Assembly: GCA_965202585.1 (NCBI GenBank)
Contig: OZ241829.1
Span: 25,172,001 to 25,236,000, forward strand
Origin: Thalia democratica
Taxonomy: Eukaryota
Direction: 5' to 3'
DNA: 64,000 nucleotides
Both the position numbers and the translations under genes were made by a program. Below are positions 40,571-51,572 of the stretch, one piece after another; the first letter of the stretch is position 1, and each line of letters starts with the position of its first letter. The notes below the pieces were generated by a model. It was not told the DNA's origin. It did no database searches and was given only the letters and a program-made list of their open reading frames with translations.

Positions 40571-40872
40571 CTGTGAAAACAAATATTGAAAGTTTCATTA
40601 GTGGTGTGATTTTTTCCACTCACTTGTATATTTCATAGGTGTGTTGTGAGAGTAGAAAGTTAATAGATTGCAAACAGCAACCACGAAAAATTTATGTTTA
40701 AAGTTTTATTCAACCTTTTGTACTAGGTGTAAAATTATTGTTTTTGTCATTCAAATAAAAACAATACTCATAAACAAAAGTTTAAGCGCATTTAAATCTT
40801 CCACACCGCCTGATAAAACAAACCAACAAATGCATAATAAAATTATTCCCGCCCTAATTCTAACAAGAGAAC

Positions 40873-40999
40873 CTGAGAAAGGTGAGAGCCGCTCCGCTGG
40901 TGTCTATCAGCAGAGGGTATTTCCCTGAATTTTTTATTTTTCCCTCCTCGTCGTTCAACAAAACGTCGGCTGTTTCTTTGAAGGGGACTTTCAGCTCTT
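40873..40999 (-). CDS. IQANK1: IQANK1-like gene, most upstream confidently seen exon (ELKVPFKETADVLLNDEEGKIKNSGKYPLLIDTSGAALTFL)
   Basis: tttttcAG acceptor, GTTCTC donor, 127 nt, phase 1-2; matches IQANK1 L...V.EL.DVL..D...I...GRWPLVID..G.AATFLR (dynein AAA5-like motif). Confidence 0.8.
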
Positions 41000-42420
41000 C
41001 TGAAAAACAACTTGAGTTTTGAAACTGGGACAATTTAAAAAAAATAAACTTCTTGATATTTTCAAAACAAGTCGGATTTAAGCTTTTTCTTAACAAAATT
41101 TTTTGCTTAAAAATAGAATATAAATTTAAGAAGCTTATTTTTTTACCAATAGTTTGTTATGAAACAAAAACTGTTTGAAATACTCAACTTTAACTAGTGT
41201 TAGGATAAAATTAATTTTTTCAACTCTTCTGAAAAACAGTTTGATTTTACACTTTAACAATCTAGAAAGTCAACAAAAAATCAAATCCAAAAAATAAATT
41301 TGATCAAAAGCTTAAACTTACCTATTTTTAACGAAGTATTTTAATTTAAGTTCAGAAAACTGTGCCAAGAAGGTTTTTTTTTGCTTTTATTAAAAACATA
41401 TTATTTTAAATACTTAACTTCGATTTAAAAGCAGGGTTTATCAAAGGTGCATCGCACCTATGAGAAAACAATTTTGTTTATAAAGAACTACTAGTTATCT
41501 TTAAAAGAAAAATCAAGCGACTGTTTTCATACGCACTTAACTATGATAAGCTCTTCTAAATTTAAAAACTTTCATAATTTGAACTTTTTATATATAAAGA
41601 TGTCAAAGCTTTATATTTTATAGACAGCTAAACGCCGTTATCAAATAAAGTATTTACAAACAAAGCAATTGTTTCTTATTTTCAATTAAATTTTTTTATT
41701 ACTAACTTAAGAGTAAAAAGCAAAAAGTGTATAAAGTATATAAAAGTTATGAAGTAAATTTTTTAACTTGCTCGCTTTAAACTTATAACGAATTCTTTAA
41801 ACATTTAAAACAAATTAAACCTTTTTCAGATGTAGTAGAATTATCAAGTTTACTTATAAAGAATTTTTTATACTAAGTATTTTTTATGTACTGGTGGTTT
41901 TAAAACCAAAGAATCAACAAATATTATTACGGTAAGAAATAAATTTACGTTTTATAATATTTTAGATTAAATTAAAAAGCTAAATAAAATACAAAGTTAT
42001 AAAAAACTAACCTGACATATTTGAAGTTTTTACTAGCTTCGTAATACCAAAAATAAAAGTAAAACAAAACTGAAACAAAAGTAAAGCAAAAATTTGCTTA
42101 TCACTCAAGCTTATGCAAACAAGTTTAAAGCTCAAGAAAAGCAAGTTTTATTTACACACTTAAATAAACGCCAACTTGAACAAATACAATGGACGCTGAA
42201 ATTCATTCAAATTTGTCTGTAAAGGTTGCTATTTACTCAGCCTATTATGACGAACATTGCTAATAAGCTTTTCGTGGGAAGGATTCTAACTCTAAGTAAG
42301 TTTTTAGTTTTATATTTGTTATTTCATTTGTGTAAATCGAAAAGTAAACGATGTATTTAATTGCAAATAACTTAAATGGGTATACTTACAAAATTTAAAC
42401 AATACTCTTTAATAGTTTTA

Positions 42421-42515
42421 ATCAACAAAAGTATCTTTCGTATGCCGTTAAACAAAACTCAAGTTTAACAAAATGGTTGATCATACTAATTTGATCATCA
42501 GACCACAAGCCCTCG
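42421..42515 (-). mobile_element. Truncated copy of the hammerhead-bearing ~300-nt repeat (3' tail only)
   Basis: atcaacaaaa...ctttcgtatgccgtt...tttaacaaaatggttgatcatactaatttgatcatcagaccacaag aligns with 62272-62385, with an internal deletion; shares the same aatcaac boundary. Confidence 0.8.
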
Positions 42516-43155
42516 GTTTTTTATAATAGCTTTATCAAAAAATATTATTTTATTTCTTTAAAAACCCTCTCGGTAAGCTAAAGTTAAGAAATACATTTGT
42601 ACAACTTTATTTATCAATTAACAACATTATTTGAAACTTTTTGAATACATCAACGAATGAAACATCTTTGACTTATTTATCTTTTTTTTCAATTACTTAG
42701 ACTATACAGAAAACAAAAAATATAAAACAAAAAATTTAATGAGAATAATCCGTTTCCTTTTATTTAAGATGTTGTGAGATTGAGTAACAGTCTGTAAATT
42801 CTAAATATAAAAAGAATCTTAAGTTAAAATCCTATGACTGAAACAAGATTACTAAAAACAAAATTAAAACAATAATAAAACACTAAATTAATCAACATAA
42901 TTTAATTTGGTTTTGATATAATAAAAACTATTTTTATGCTTCAAAAATGAAAACTTTCAATGATGTTACGTAGGATATTTTTTGTCTTTATTATCAAGCA
43001 TTTGCTAAAAATATTCAAAATATTTTCAAGTTTTATTGTTTATTTTGTCAGTTTTTTTAAACTGAAATAGAAAAATATTTTCATGTCAGCTAACTTGAGT
43101 TTTAAAAAATAATGGAAAGTAATTTTTTGTAGTTTGAATAGTTTATAAAAAGTAT

Positions 43156-43272
43156 GTCCTGGACAAGACGTTAAAATGTATCTGTTGTGTACGATTCGAT
43201 AACCGAAAGGTTCTTGTGCACCAGGTCCTAGGACCAAATGTTTTGAGCGCTTTTTTGTCATTCAATAAACTA
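43156..43272 (+). repeat. Dispersed ~115-bp structured repeat, copy 2
   Basis: gtcctggacaagacgttaaaa...gtgtacgattcgataaccgaaaggttcttgtgcaccaggtcctaggacc...ttgtcattcaataaacta. Confidence 0.8.
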
Positions 43273-44076
43273 ACAACATAAGTTTTAGATAAAAAACCTA
43301 ACACAAAACAGAAACGTAGCTTTTCATTTCTTAATGATCTTGTTGTTTAATTTTTTATCTATTGATAATATAACTATCTATCTAACTAAAATGCAAACTT
43401 ATTACGCAAACTTTTTTTTCACGTTTTTTTATAAGTCATTATTAAAAGTATAATCTAATAGTATAAAGAATTGCAACATCTACAGCCATAAAGAAAATTT
43501 AAGAATTTTAAACTTCTTAGGTTATCAAAGTAAGCAAATTGTTATATTATTGAGGATAGATAAAAAGTTAAAGAATTTGACTTAAATTACTTATTGGATA
43601 AATAAACTTAGTCATGAGTTATACGCTATACACATCGAAATAAAATTTTATAGAGTAAAGGTTTTTAGAAATCTATAAATTTTTACAATCAATTGAGAAC
43701 TTCAATTACATTCAATTATATAGGGAACTTTATAGACTCTAAACATTTATAGAATATAAATTTTATACTTTAAAGAGTTTTATAGGAGGCCAACTTATTG
43801 CTCTATTTTCTTTATTTTAATATGAATTGTATCAAAACTTGAGTTCTGTAAACAAATTAAACTATTTGTAAGTATATTTGTTTTTGTTTTTAATAACTAA
43901 CTCTAATAGTAAAGCACAATGAATAATTTAAGCGTAAAAAATTGATTAGGTTCAGAACTATCGTATGTTAGAAAATTTGTATGTTTAGAAACGTTAGTTG
44001 ATAATGTACTAAAGTTATTGAATGTAAGCATTAAAAGTATTCAAATTTTTTTCTGCCAGTTTTATTTGATGCTTTT

Positions 44077-45093
44077 CAGTGGCGTCGCGTGGTTTTTCTT
44101 TTAGAGGGTGCTGCAGATTGACATTGTCAAGTAAAAAAATACCCTAGCTTGAAACATTTAGATTTAAATTCTTTAAAATCATCAAGGTAATATGAGGAAA
44201 TAGCAAATTTTTCAGAAAGAAAAGTAGAACCTTTTTTTTAATCAAATAATATATAAAACATAAAAATTAAATATAAAAAAAGTATACCTCATACCTTTGT
44301 ATATCATCACCCATTCTTAACAACTAAATCTGCTTTAATTTTTATTTATGTCCATGTAAGTTTTTGTGTGTGCACAAATATAAATTTACTAACTTAATTT
44401 TACGACTTGTCTAACTAGTAAAAAAAAAACGCAAATAACTTAAAAAAACGAGGTTGCCCCTACTCGAGTTTTCCTTGCTCGAGTTGCTCCTGCTCGAGTT
44501 TGTTCCTTCTCGAGTTGCCCCTCCTCGAGTTGTTCCTGCTCGAGTTGCCTCTGCTTGAGTATTCCCTCCTCGAGTTCAACTTGTCTTATTTTTTCTCGCG
44601 TTGTAGTAAATTTTACAACGATCATGATTTAATTCACTTGGTGCTGAAAGTTCATGCAGCTTTAACGTTTAGCTATTCAACATTTTTTGTAAATTTGAAA
44701 ATTTGTAAACATTTAAGATGCAGCTGACACAGAGATTGAGCTTGCAGCTCCAATTTTACTAACATTTTGAACAACAAATACAAAAAAAAAAAAAAAAGTA
44801 ATTTAGCAGGGAAATTAACGACGTTCATGTACATATATGGCTGTACTTTTTGTACAACTTCATGATAACATAACTTTCTTATTTTTTAAGCTAATATAAA
44901 AAATCTAATATCATTTTAAAGCTCAATTCCTCAGCTTTATAATAAAGTTACTTAGACGTAGTTTTGCAGCTGAAGAATAGGCCCATTTAAAGCAGCGTGT
45001 TTCAAGGCTTAAACTCTAAAATCAAAAAAGTAAATTAGCATAGTTTTACAGTTTAGCTTCAGTTCAAGCATTCCTCCCAACGCAACGTTCCTA
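44077..45093. mobile_element. hAT-type non-autonomous element (CAGTGGCGT family), ~1.02 kb, with perfect 8-bp TSD
   Basis: Left end cagtggcgtcgcgtgg; eroded right end cctcccaacgcaacgttccta (compare 36596-36616); atgctttt at both 44069-44076 and 45094-45101. Confidence 0.8.
44450..44578 (-). repeat. 15-bp minisatellite (ctcgagttgctcctg), about 8 units, inside the hAT element
   Basis: Reverse complement of the 6425-6670 unit; also shares an adjacent gcgagaa..aata..acaagtt flank with that copy. Confidence 0.85.
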
Positions 45094-45845
45094 ATGCTTT
45101 TTCGATATTTAACTTTGCAAACTCGTAACTTGAACTTTTGTTTCGAGTAACTGACATTTTTTAACGGGTGTTTTTAATTTTAACACCAGCAGTTCTTAGC
45201 TAGCTTCATTTGGAAAATTTTTGTTCATTTTAGAGATTATTGTCTTAACTAAAAAGATAATAAGTAAGTTTTGTTTGTCCAAAGGTTTATTAATACAACG
45301 ATTTGTTAATAATTTTATATTTTTTTTATACTTTAATGTTTTAGTTAAAGAAACTTGTTGGATATTAATAACTATATTTGATTATGTATTTTACAATGAT
45401 TTTTTTTTCATTTAAGCTAGTATGAAAAGCAAACAATGGTGGAATGGTTAAACTGAAGAAAAACGTAGGGTTGTGTTTTGAAATTCAGAAGCTTTTCATT
45501 ATACAAACTAAACTTTTTATTCATTTTCAACTAGTTAGTAATCATAATTGATCAAGAAAGTCCTAAAAAATCACTTATTAATAAAACATACTAGGACAAC
45601 TTGTAAACGATATGTTTAGTTGTCATGTACAAAAGTACTAAGTTTATAATTATACATAAATGGCTTAAACTACAGTTTGTTCTAAATTTTATTCCACCTT
45701 AGAACTAAAAGTTCATAAATCTGAACCATATTTGCAAATAATAAAACTGCACTCGTTAAGCTGTTTTTTAATAATATTATTTTACTTTTGAAATCTTGAT
45801 AAAAAGTTTATGGTTTATTACACTCCATGGTCTTATAATATAGAG

Positions 45846-46121
45846 CAGGGTTTCCTAAACGTTTTCACAAAGCCCCCTAACAGAAATAAAAAAAAAGCTA
45901 TGGCCTGCTCCGAAGAGATTTTTCAATAAACTAATTACGCTTAAGACCTTTTTTTTTGCTCTTTGTCATCAATCCCAGAATATCTAAAATAACTTTCAAA
46001 TTATGGCCTCATAGTCCCTTTACTACTCATAACTTCCCTTTAGCTCCTTTGCAGCTTATGACCCCCTAAACTTCTGAAATGACCCCCGAGAGGGCCACAT
46101 GGCCCACTTGTGAAAATCCTG
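45846..46121. mobile_element. Degenerate hAT-type MITE
   Basis: cagggtttcctaaac left end, gtgaaaatcctg right end with a typical gggcc..ggccc subterminal; TSD only 4/8. Confidence 0.55.
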
Positions 46122-47519
46122 TGTTAGATCATGTTTAAATAAAATGTCAAAAACACCCTATACACTCGTTATTAATATTGTTTTCTTAACTTAGTTGACT
46201 TTATACTTTGCATCTACAAAACATCTACAAGCTGTTTGAACCTTAAACTAGTTAAAATATGATTTAAATTTTCATCTATCTTTAGTTAAAAATAACTGTA
46301 TTTCAGATAGACATTGAATTAAATAAGTTTGTCCTGGACAAGGAGCTGTACCGTGGAGTATGTTTCGAAAGGCTCCTTTTCGTTATTCAACAAACAAAAA
46401 ATAGAAAAAATAATAAACAATAAGATTTTAGGAAGTTACTAGCTTAAGTCTTATAGTTTTTGTGATAAAAGATGTTTAAATTGTGTTTTGAAGAATTAAT
46501 TGGTATAGTCTTCACTAACACACAGTGTTTAGTTCAGTGCGATTTAAGTCCGCTGTAACAGTAATAAGCATATCAGGAAATCTACAGTGTTTGTATTAGG
46601 CAAACTAGTAGATTAAACAAGACATAGTTTTTCGGTGGTAAAATAAAAAAAGTATGACTAAAGAAATAAAAAACAAAGATGTTAATGCGAATATATTTGT
46701 TCTTTAAAAAAAAAAGGTTATTTTCTAAACGTAGGAATAAAACTAAAATTGTCAAAATCAGACCATAAAACATGTTTTGTATAAATTAAATCAAACAACC
46801 AATAAGAAAAAATAACCACTACAACGAATTAGGTAAGTGACCTTATTTACAAAGTAATTATAAACTTTAGAAATCTTTAGAATGCTACTTTTTTAAACAC
46901 TAACAAAGTCGTAAAGATAAAACACCTAAACTAATCTAAACGGTGAGTTATAAAATAGCTGTTTAGCTTTAAGTACTAATTTTAAATCATTGTCACCGAA
47001 AAGAATCCTTTTAATTGAATTAAAATTAGTCCTTCGATGTTAATAACAAAAGTAAAATAGAAATTAAATCTTGCCTTCAGAAACCAGTGCTTTTCTGCCT
47101 TTACAAAATAACTAGCTCGAATATCACACATGCTTTAAAGGTTGTTTACTGTCAAACAATGTATACATTTTTTTATCAAAAAACTTATAAAAAACAAAAC
47201 AATTAAAAACATGTAAATTTGTTTTAGTAGCTAGTTTTTGTGTTAAAGCATTGCACAGGTTTATTTGCATAAGTTAAAATTGTGAAATAAGTACAACTGT
47301 TATGAGCATAATTATTGTATATATATATGTAAATATTCAAAGGGTAAAAAACTACTAGTACTACCGGTAGCAGCGTGATACATAAAAATGTATTTCATTT
47401 TGTTGTTAGAACAAAAAAAAACTAATAAAACTGTATGGTGAATTATTTTAATGAAAAAATAAGACAAATAAGTTTGAACAAAGTACTAGCTTATAATTAA
47501 TTGTAAAAATCTTTTTTAA

Positions 47520-47746
47520 TTTTGAAAAGCTTAGTTACTTTAAAATACTAAGTTTCGGCATTCAAGCTTACAAATTCGAAACTAATAAAAGTAAGACAAG
47601 CCGCTTTCACAATATGCACACAAATATATTTTTTTTCTCGTCCTTTATTTGTTTATTCTTCGCAACGTCAGTAACAAGTACATCAGGATCGTAATCTAAA
47701 TGTTCTAAATTAATAATGTTCCAAACAGTAATAAAAAAATTCCAAA
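47520..47746 (-). pseudogene. Degenerate duplicate of the 3' end and 3' flank of the 51573-52148 gene
   Basis: Minus strand encodes LEHLDYDPDVLVTD versus LEYLDYDTDALVID in the intact copy, followed by a small deletion; the flank aagcttagttact..aaatactaa.tttcgg.att.aagctta is shared with 51455-51520. Confidence 0.75.
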
Positions 47747-48029
47747 TCCCAAACTTTATTTTCAAATTGCCCCTTTAAAGAAACCAAAAAACTTATTGCC
47801 TCCTCCAACAAAACTACTCAAAAAGCTATCTTTTATAACAATCAGACCTTTTTTGCTCTTTATCTGCAACTCCAGAACACCTAGTGTAAGTTTCAAAATT
47901 CCAAATAAAAACACCTCAAACCTTTTTTTCTTTTTGTTCTTCATCTGCATCTCAAGAATGTCTAGTTTAGGTTTCAAAATTTTAAAATCCCCCCTCCTTT
48001 CGCCCATTTACTATTTATTGCCCCCAACT

Positions 48030-48077
48030 TACTAAAAACGCCACCAGGGGTTATATTGCCCACTTTGGGAAACCTTG
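48030..48077 (-). mobile_element. hAT MITE end (reverse-oriented CAAGGTTTCCCAAAGTGGGC)
   Basis: Reverse complement caaggtttcccaaagtgggcaatataacccctggtggcg matches the left ends at 1643 and 13909; opposite end not resolved. Confidence 0.6.
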
Positions 48078-48937
48078 GTTTAATGTTTTGATTAAGTTCT
48101 AAAATTACAGTTCAGAATAAAAGAAAACTTAAGCTTGCTTAAAAATTCTAGTTGTTTAATTAAAACAAAAACAATCTAAAAGCTAATTTGTTGCGATTAT
48201 TTTTAGTTTAAACAAAAAAAACATTACTCATTAAAACGTCATTATTCAAAGTTAAATATTTTATTTGTCATTAAGTAAAGCTTATTCGATGACTTAAACA
48301 AAGTTTAACTGAAAACATTTCTTGTTACAATTATATTACTTTTTCTATTTCAATTTAGCTTACATGTTTTTGTAACTTCAAAAAACTAGGGACAATCTTA
48401 GAAACTTTACAACGTTATAAAAAGTTACAAAGTTTTTGTAATATAAATTTTGTTGAATTCATCAAGTATCTGTTCTAAAAAACTTGGAAATAAAAGTATG
48501 TTTTACATACAGTTAATTATCATTTAAGCTTATTTTAAAGCTTTTATTTATTTTAAAGATGTGTAACAGTATAATCACTAGTAAGTTATGCAGTTTTAAA
48601 ACTAGTACTGTAGTGCATTTTTATGTTAAGCTCAAAATATAAATAAGTCAACTGATGCAAAAAAATATAAATAATTGTGACATTATTAACATAAATTTAT
48701 ACTGCTTTACTTATAATAAAACAAAATTAATTTATTTTTCGGACAAAAATGATTAATTTTAGTTCTTTTGCAGTATAAATGTAAAACTAGTGTATAGATT
48801 AGAACAAGATATATAAAAACAATAAGTTGAAAATAATTGAAAAAATAAACTTTTTGCGAAGATAAAAATTTTGAAGATTTCGTGTAAGATAATGCGACTT
48901 GATTTAGTATTTTAGACTCTCTAGTGAGATAAAATAA

Positions 48938-50107
48938 ATGCTTGAAAACATAACAAAAAGCTTAAAAGGTAGACAACTGAATATCGAGTTCAACCCGGAG
49001 AACTTTGTCAACGTCAATTATTTCAACGACTCCATGATGAAAAGAATGCGAATCGAACACAAAGTTTCGCACGGGTCGGAACCTTGGGACCAGCATGTCC
49101 AGTGCACATCGTGGAACAGCAACGGGTTCTTGTTTGCCTGCGGGAAGTACGAAGGAGGAGTGCGGATATTCAAACCGTTCCTAAACACCGAAGCTAGCGC
49201 CGTACCGGTCCCCGATGAGCACTACTTGACTGACGCGTTGTTTTTGCATCAACACGACAACCTCATTGCCGTTTGCTCGAGAAGCAACAGGTCGTTCTTT
49301 TGGAACCAACCAAACGGACTGGAATCAGGAAACTACGTGAGAATATGGGACGTTCGGACAAAAAGTGTTGTAAGGTCTCACAATTTCAAAGGCTTCGTCA
49401 AACAAGTTGCAACTTCCAAAGCTCTCCCCAACTGCGTTTGGTTCAATATTGATCATAGAACGAAGCAAATAGCAGAAGCAGACATAAGATCCCCTTCATA
49501 CAGATGCTTGCAACTAAAAAACACTGAAAGTAACACAAGTTTATTTCAATCAGGAAGTTTTGACATCAATCCTGTTGACGAAGTCACAATCGTCGTCAAC
49601 GACGGAAATAAGATAAATTTTTACGATCGAAGAATGATGAGTTTTTCTAGAGCAAACCATCCTTTTAAAACTATCGACACAAGCTCACTGAGCGGCGACA
49701 GGTCTTTCATCGTGAAGGTCAAGTACAACCCAAGCGGAAACAAGTTGTTCGTCACGAGCTCACATAGCTTCAAAGTCTCGCAGTACGTCGCGCCCGCAGC
49801 GAACACCGACGTCGAAAGCTTGCGGGAGTTCACGTTTCGGGACCAGTTGGCGGTTGCCACCGTGACCAAGCACCCGTCTTTTCTCGGGGAAAATCACGTG
49901 CTGTTCGACACGTACTTTAGAAACTACTCCGTTGTGTTCAACCACGAAGACATGCGTTACGTCGGCAAAATAAATCTTTTAGGTCAATCGAATTATTTTT
50001 CTGACATAAGCAGCTTGCCGCACCCATTTTATTGCCTGATCGCTTCAACAAACCAAGACACGACAAACTTTATCACTCCAACATTCGCTACAACGGATGA
50101 AATGTAG
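48938..50107 (+). CDS. Intronless divergent WD40-repeat protein (first repeat DCAF8/WDTC1-like), 389 aa
   Basis: HVQCTSWNSNGFLFACGKYEGGVRIF resembles the first WD repeat of DCAF8/WDTC1; VRIWDVRTK, AEADIRS and INFYDRR are WD-end motifs; GC-richer codons than the flanks. Confidence 0.8.
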   Translation: MLENITKSLKGRQLNIEFNPENFVNVNYFNDSMMKRMRIEHKVSHGSEPWDQHVQCTSWNSNGFLFACGKYEGGVRIFKPFLNTEASAVPVPDEHYLTDALFLHQHDNLIAVCSRSNRSFFWNQPNGLESGNYVRIWDVRTKSVVRSHNFKGFVKQVATSKALPNCVWFNIDHRTKQIAEADIRSPSYRCLQLKNTESNTSLFQSGSFDINPVDEVTIVVNDGNKINFYDRRMMSFSRANHPFKTIDTSSLSGDRSFIVKVKYNPSGNKLFVTSSHSFKVSQYVAPAANTDVESLREFTFRDQLAVATVTKHPSFLGENHVLFDTYFRNYSVVFNHEDMRYVGKINLLGQSNYFSDISSLPHPFYCLIASTNQDTTNFITPTFATTDEM

Positions 50108-50181
50108 TAGTATTAACAAAATACTTTTATTTTGTTATACGTTTTGAAACTAGGTTCTGTTGTAATTGAACAAGAGCCAAA

Positions 50182-50500
50182 ACTGTGGTCTGAAGATCGA
50201 GGTAGTATGAAACTTTCTGCTAACCTTAGCTTGTCTCACGGCGCTTTTAAGACCGGCCTTTTGCTCTGATAGACTTTCGCCGATACTGCCGTTGATCATA
50301 TTCAAAAGTGTACCAGCTGTGCCAATGAAAAATTTATGAATCGCTTAACGGAAATTAAACAAGAATTGACGACATTTAACATACCAGCAATAGTAAAACA
50401 ACACAAAACGTTTAAAAAAAGTTTTTTCGGCTGACTGCAAGTTTCAATAAAAACGAAACCCGGGTCTCCGTCTACAAAAAGCTTGCGGTCTGATGGTCTA
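50182..50500 (+). mobile_element. Diverged tandem-type copy of the hammerhead-bearing ~300-nt repeat (tail + spacer + ribozyme + start of next tail)
   Basis: tgtggtctgaagatcga...agcttgtctcacggc...agactttcgccgat...gttgat aligns to the reverse complement of 62272-62385; the tg(t/c)ggtctga motif repeats about 301 nt later at 50484. Confidence 0.8.
50429..50472 (+). ncRNA. Decayed type I hammerhead ribozyme
   Basis: ggctga-CTGCAA (core CUGAUGA damaged)-gttt-caataa-aaac-GAAAC-ccgg-GTC-tccgtc; stems II and III are retained by compensatory changes relative to 62470-62512. Confidence 0.7.
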
Positions 50501-51572
50501 AGTAAGCCAAAACTTTATGTAGTTGTTACTAGCATTAAAACATATTTTCTTACATATTACTAAAAGTAAGGTAACATTAAATTTTAACCGTTATATGTAT
50601 GTTATAACTTCTACAAACTTGAAGAAGTATTTACTAAACAAACATTTAACTTCAAAGTTTTGTGAAATTCTTAAATTTTGGAACATTTAGTTTCGTAAAA
50701 AAAATATTTTAGTATTTTGATAATTGCTAATAGATTGTGAGCTTGTTATATCCTTTAAACCGTTAAACTAGCTTTATTGTACTTATTCGTTGAACTGTTA
50801 GCGGTGTTGCATTAATAAACTAAACAAACTAAAATTATCCTACTAGCTTTTTTTATAAAATAAAAACAACAATATTACGCATACAAACGTCATTGTTTGA
50901 ACTTAAAATTATTTATCTTGTCATTAAGAACAACTTTAGTTATTTTGTTATTAAAGTTTAACTAAGTAAAGTTGTTTTTACTTTAATCTATTATTATTGA
51001 GTAAAGTGATATTAAATAAAAAAACAGTAGTATATTTTAACATTGAACATTAACGCTAACGAGTTTTAATGCGTTATTTAAACTAATTTTACTTTAATTA
51101 ATATTGTGTACTTAGCATTATAATTTAAAAAATACAAATAAGTAGTAAAAAGTTTTAAAAGTGGAGAACTAAATAAGAAAGTAACAAGTTAAGTCTGAGT
51201 GTTTTTAAGCTACAATAGTGGATTTCCTTTATTAAGTAAAGTTTACTTAATTTATATAACTTTTCAATAAAAGACTGAAAACAAAAACAATAATTTAATC
51301 TATATATTACTAGTGCGGATAACGTAAAATTTTTCTTTAAACAATTATAATAATAAAGACAACTACTTAACAGCTCAATGAGTTTATTCATATAAAAAAG
51401 GCAGCAAAATTAAAACTAATTATTACAAACTTTAAGAATGTTAATTAAAATTTGCAAAGCTTAGTTACTCTTAAATACTAAATTTCGGTATTTAAGCTTA
51501 TAAACTTGAAAATAATAAAAGCAACACGAGAATATGTAAATTAATATTTTTTTCTAGTCCGTTATTACTTCT

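Noticed and set aside
40484-40999. Dynein heavy chain fragment (PLLID..G.A and GKP motifs)
   Set aside because: The frame ends at LPVRVVM* with a polyA signal, matching IQANK1's C-terminus; dynein would continue for more than 1,000 aa.
42180-42300. Exon-like stretch ending in a GTAAGT donor (NKLFVGRIL, vaguely RRM-like)
   Set aside because: Short, with stops in neighbouring frames and no partner exon.
50141-50165. gaaactaggtt as a remnant second hammerhead one repeat unit upstream of 50455
   Set aside because: Spacing (~309 nt) fits, but no CUGANGA core or stem II survives; too little to support.
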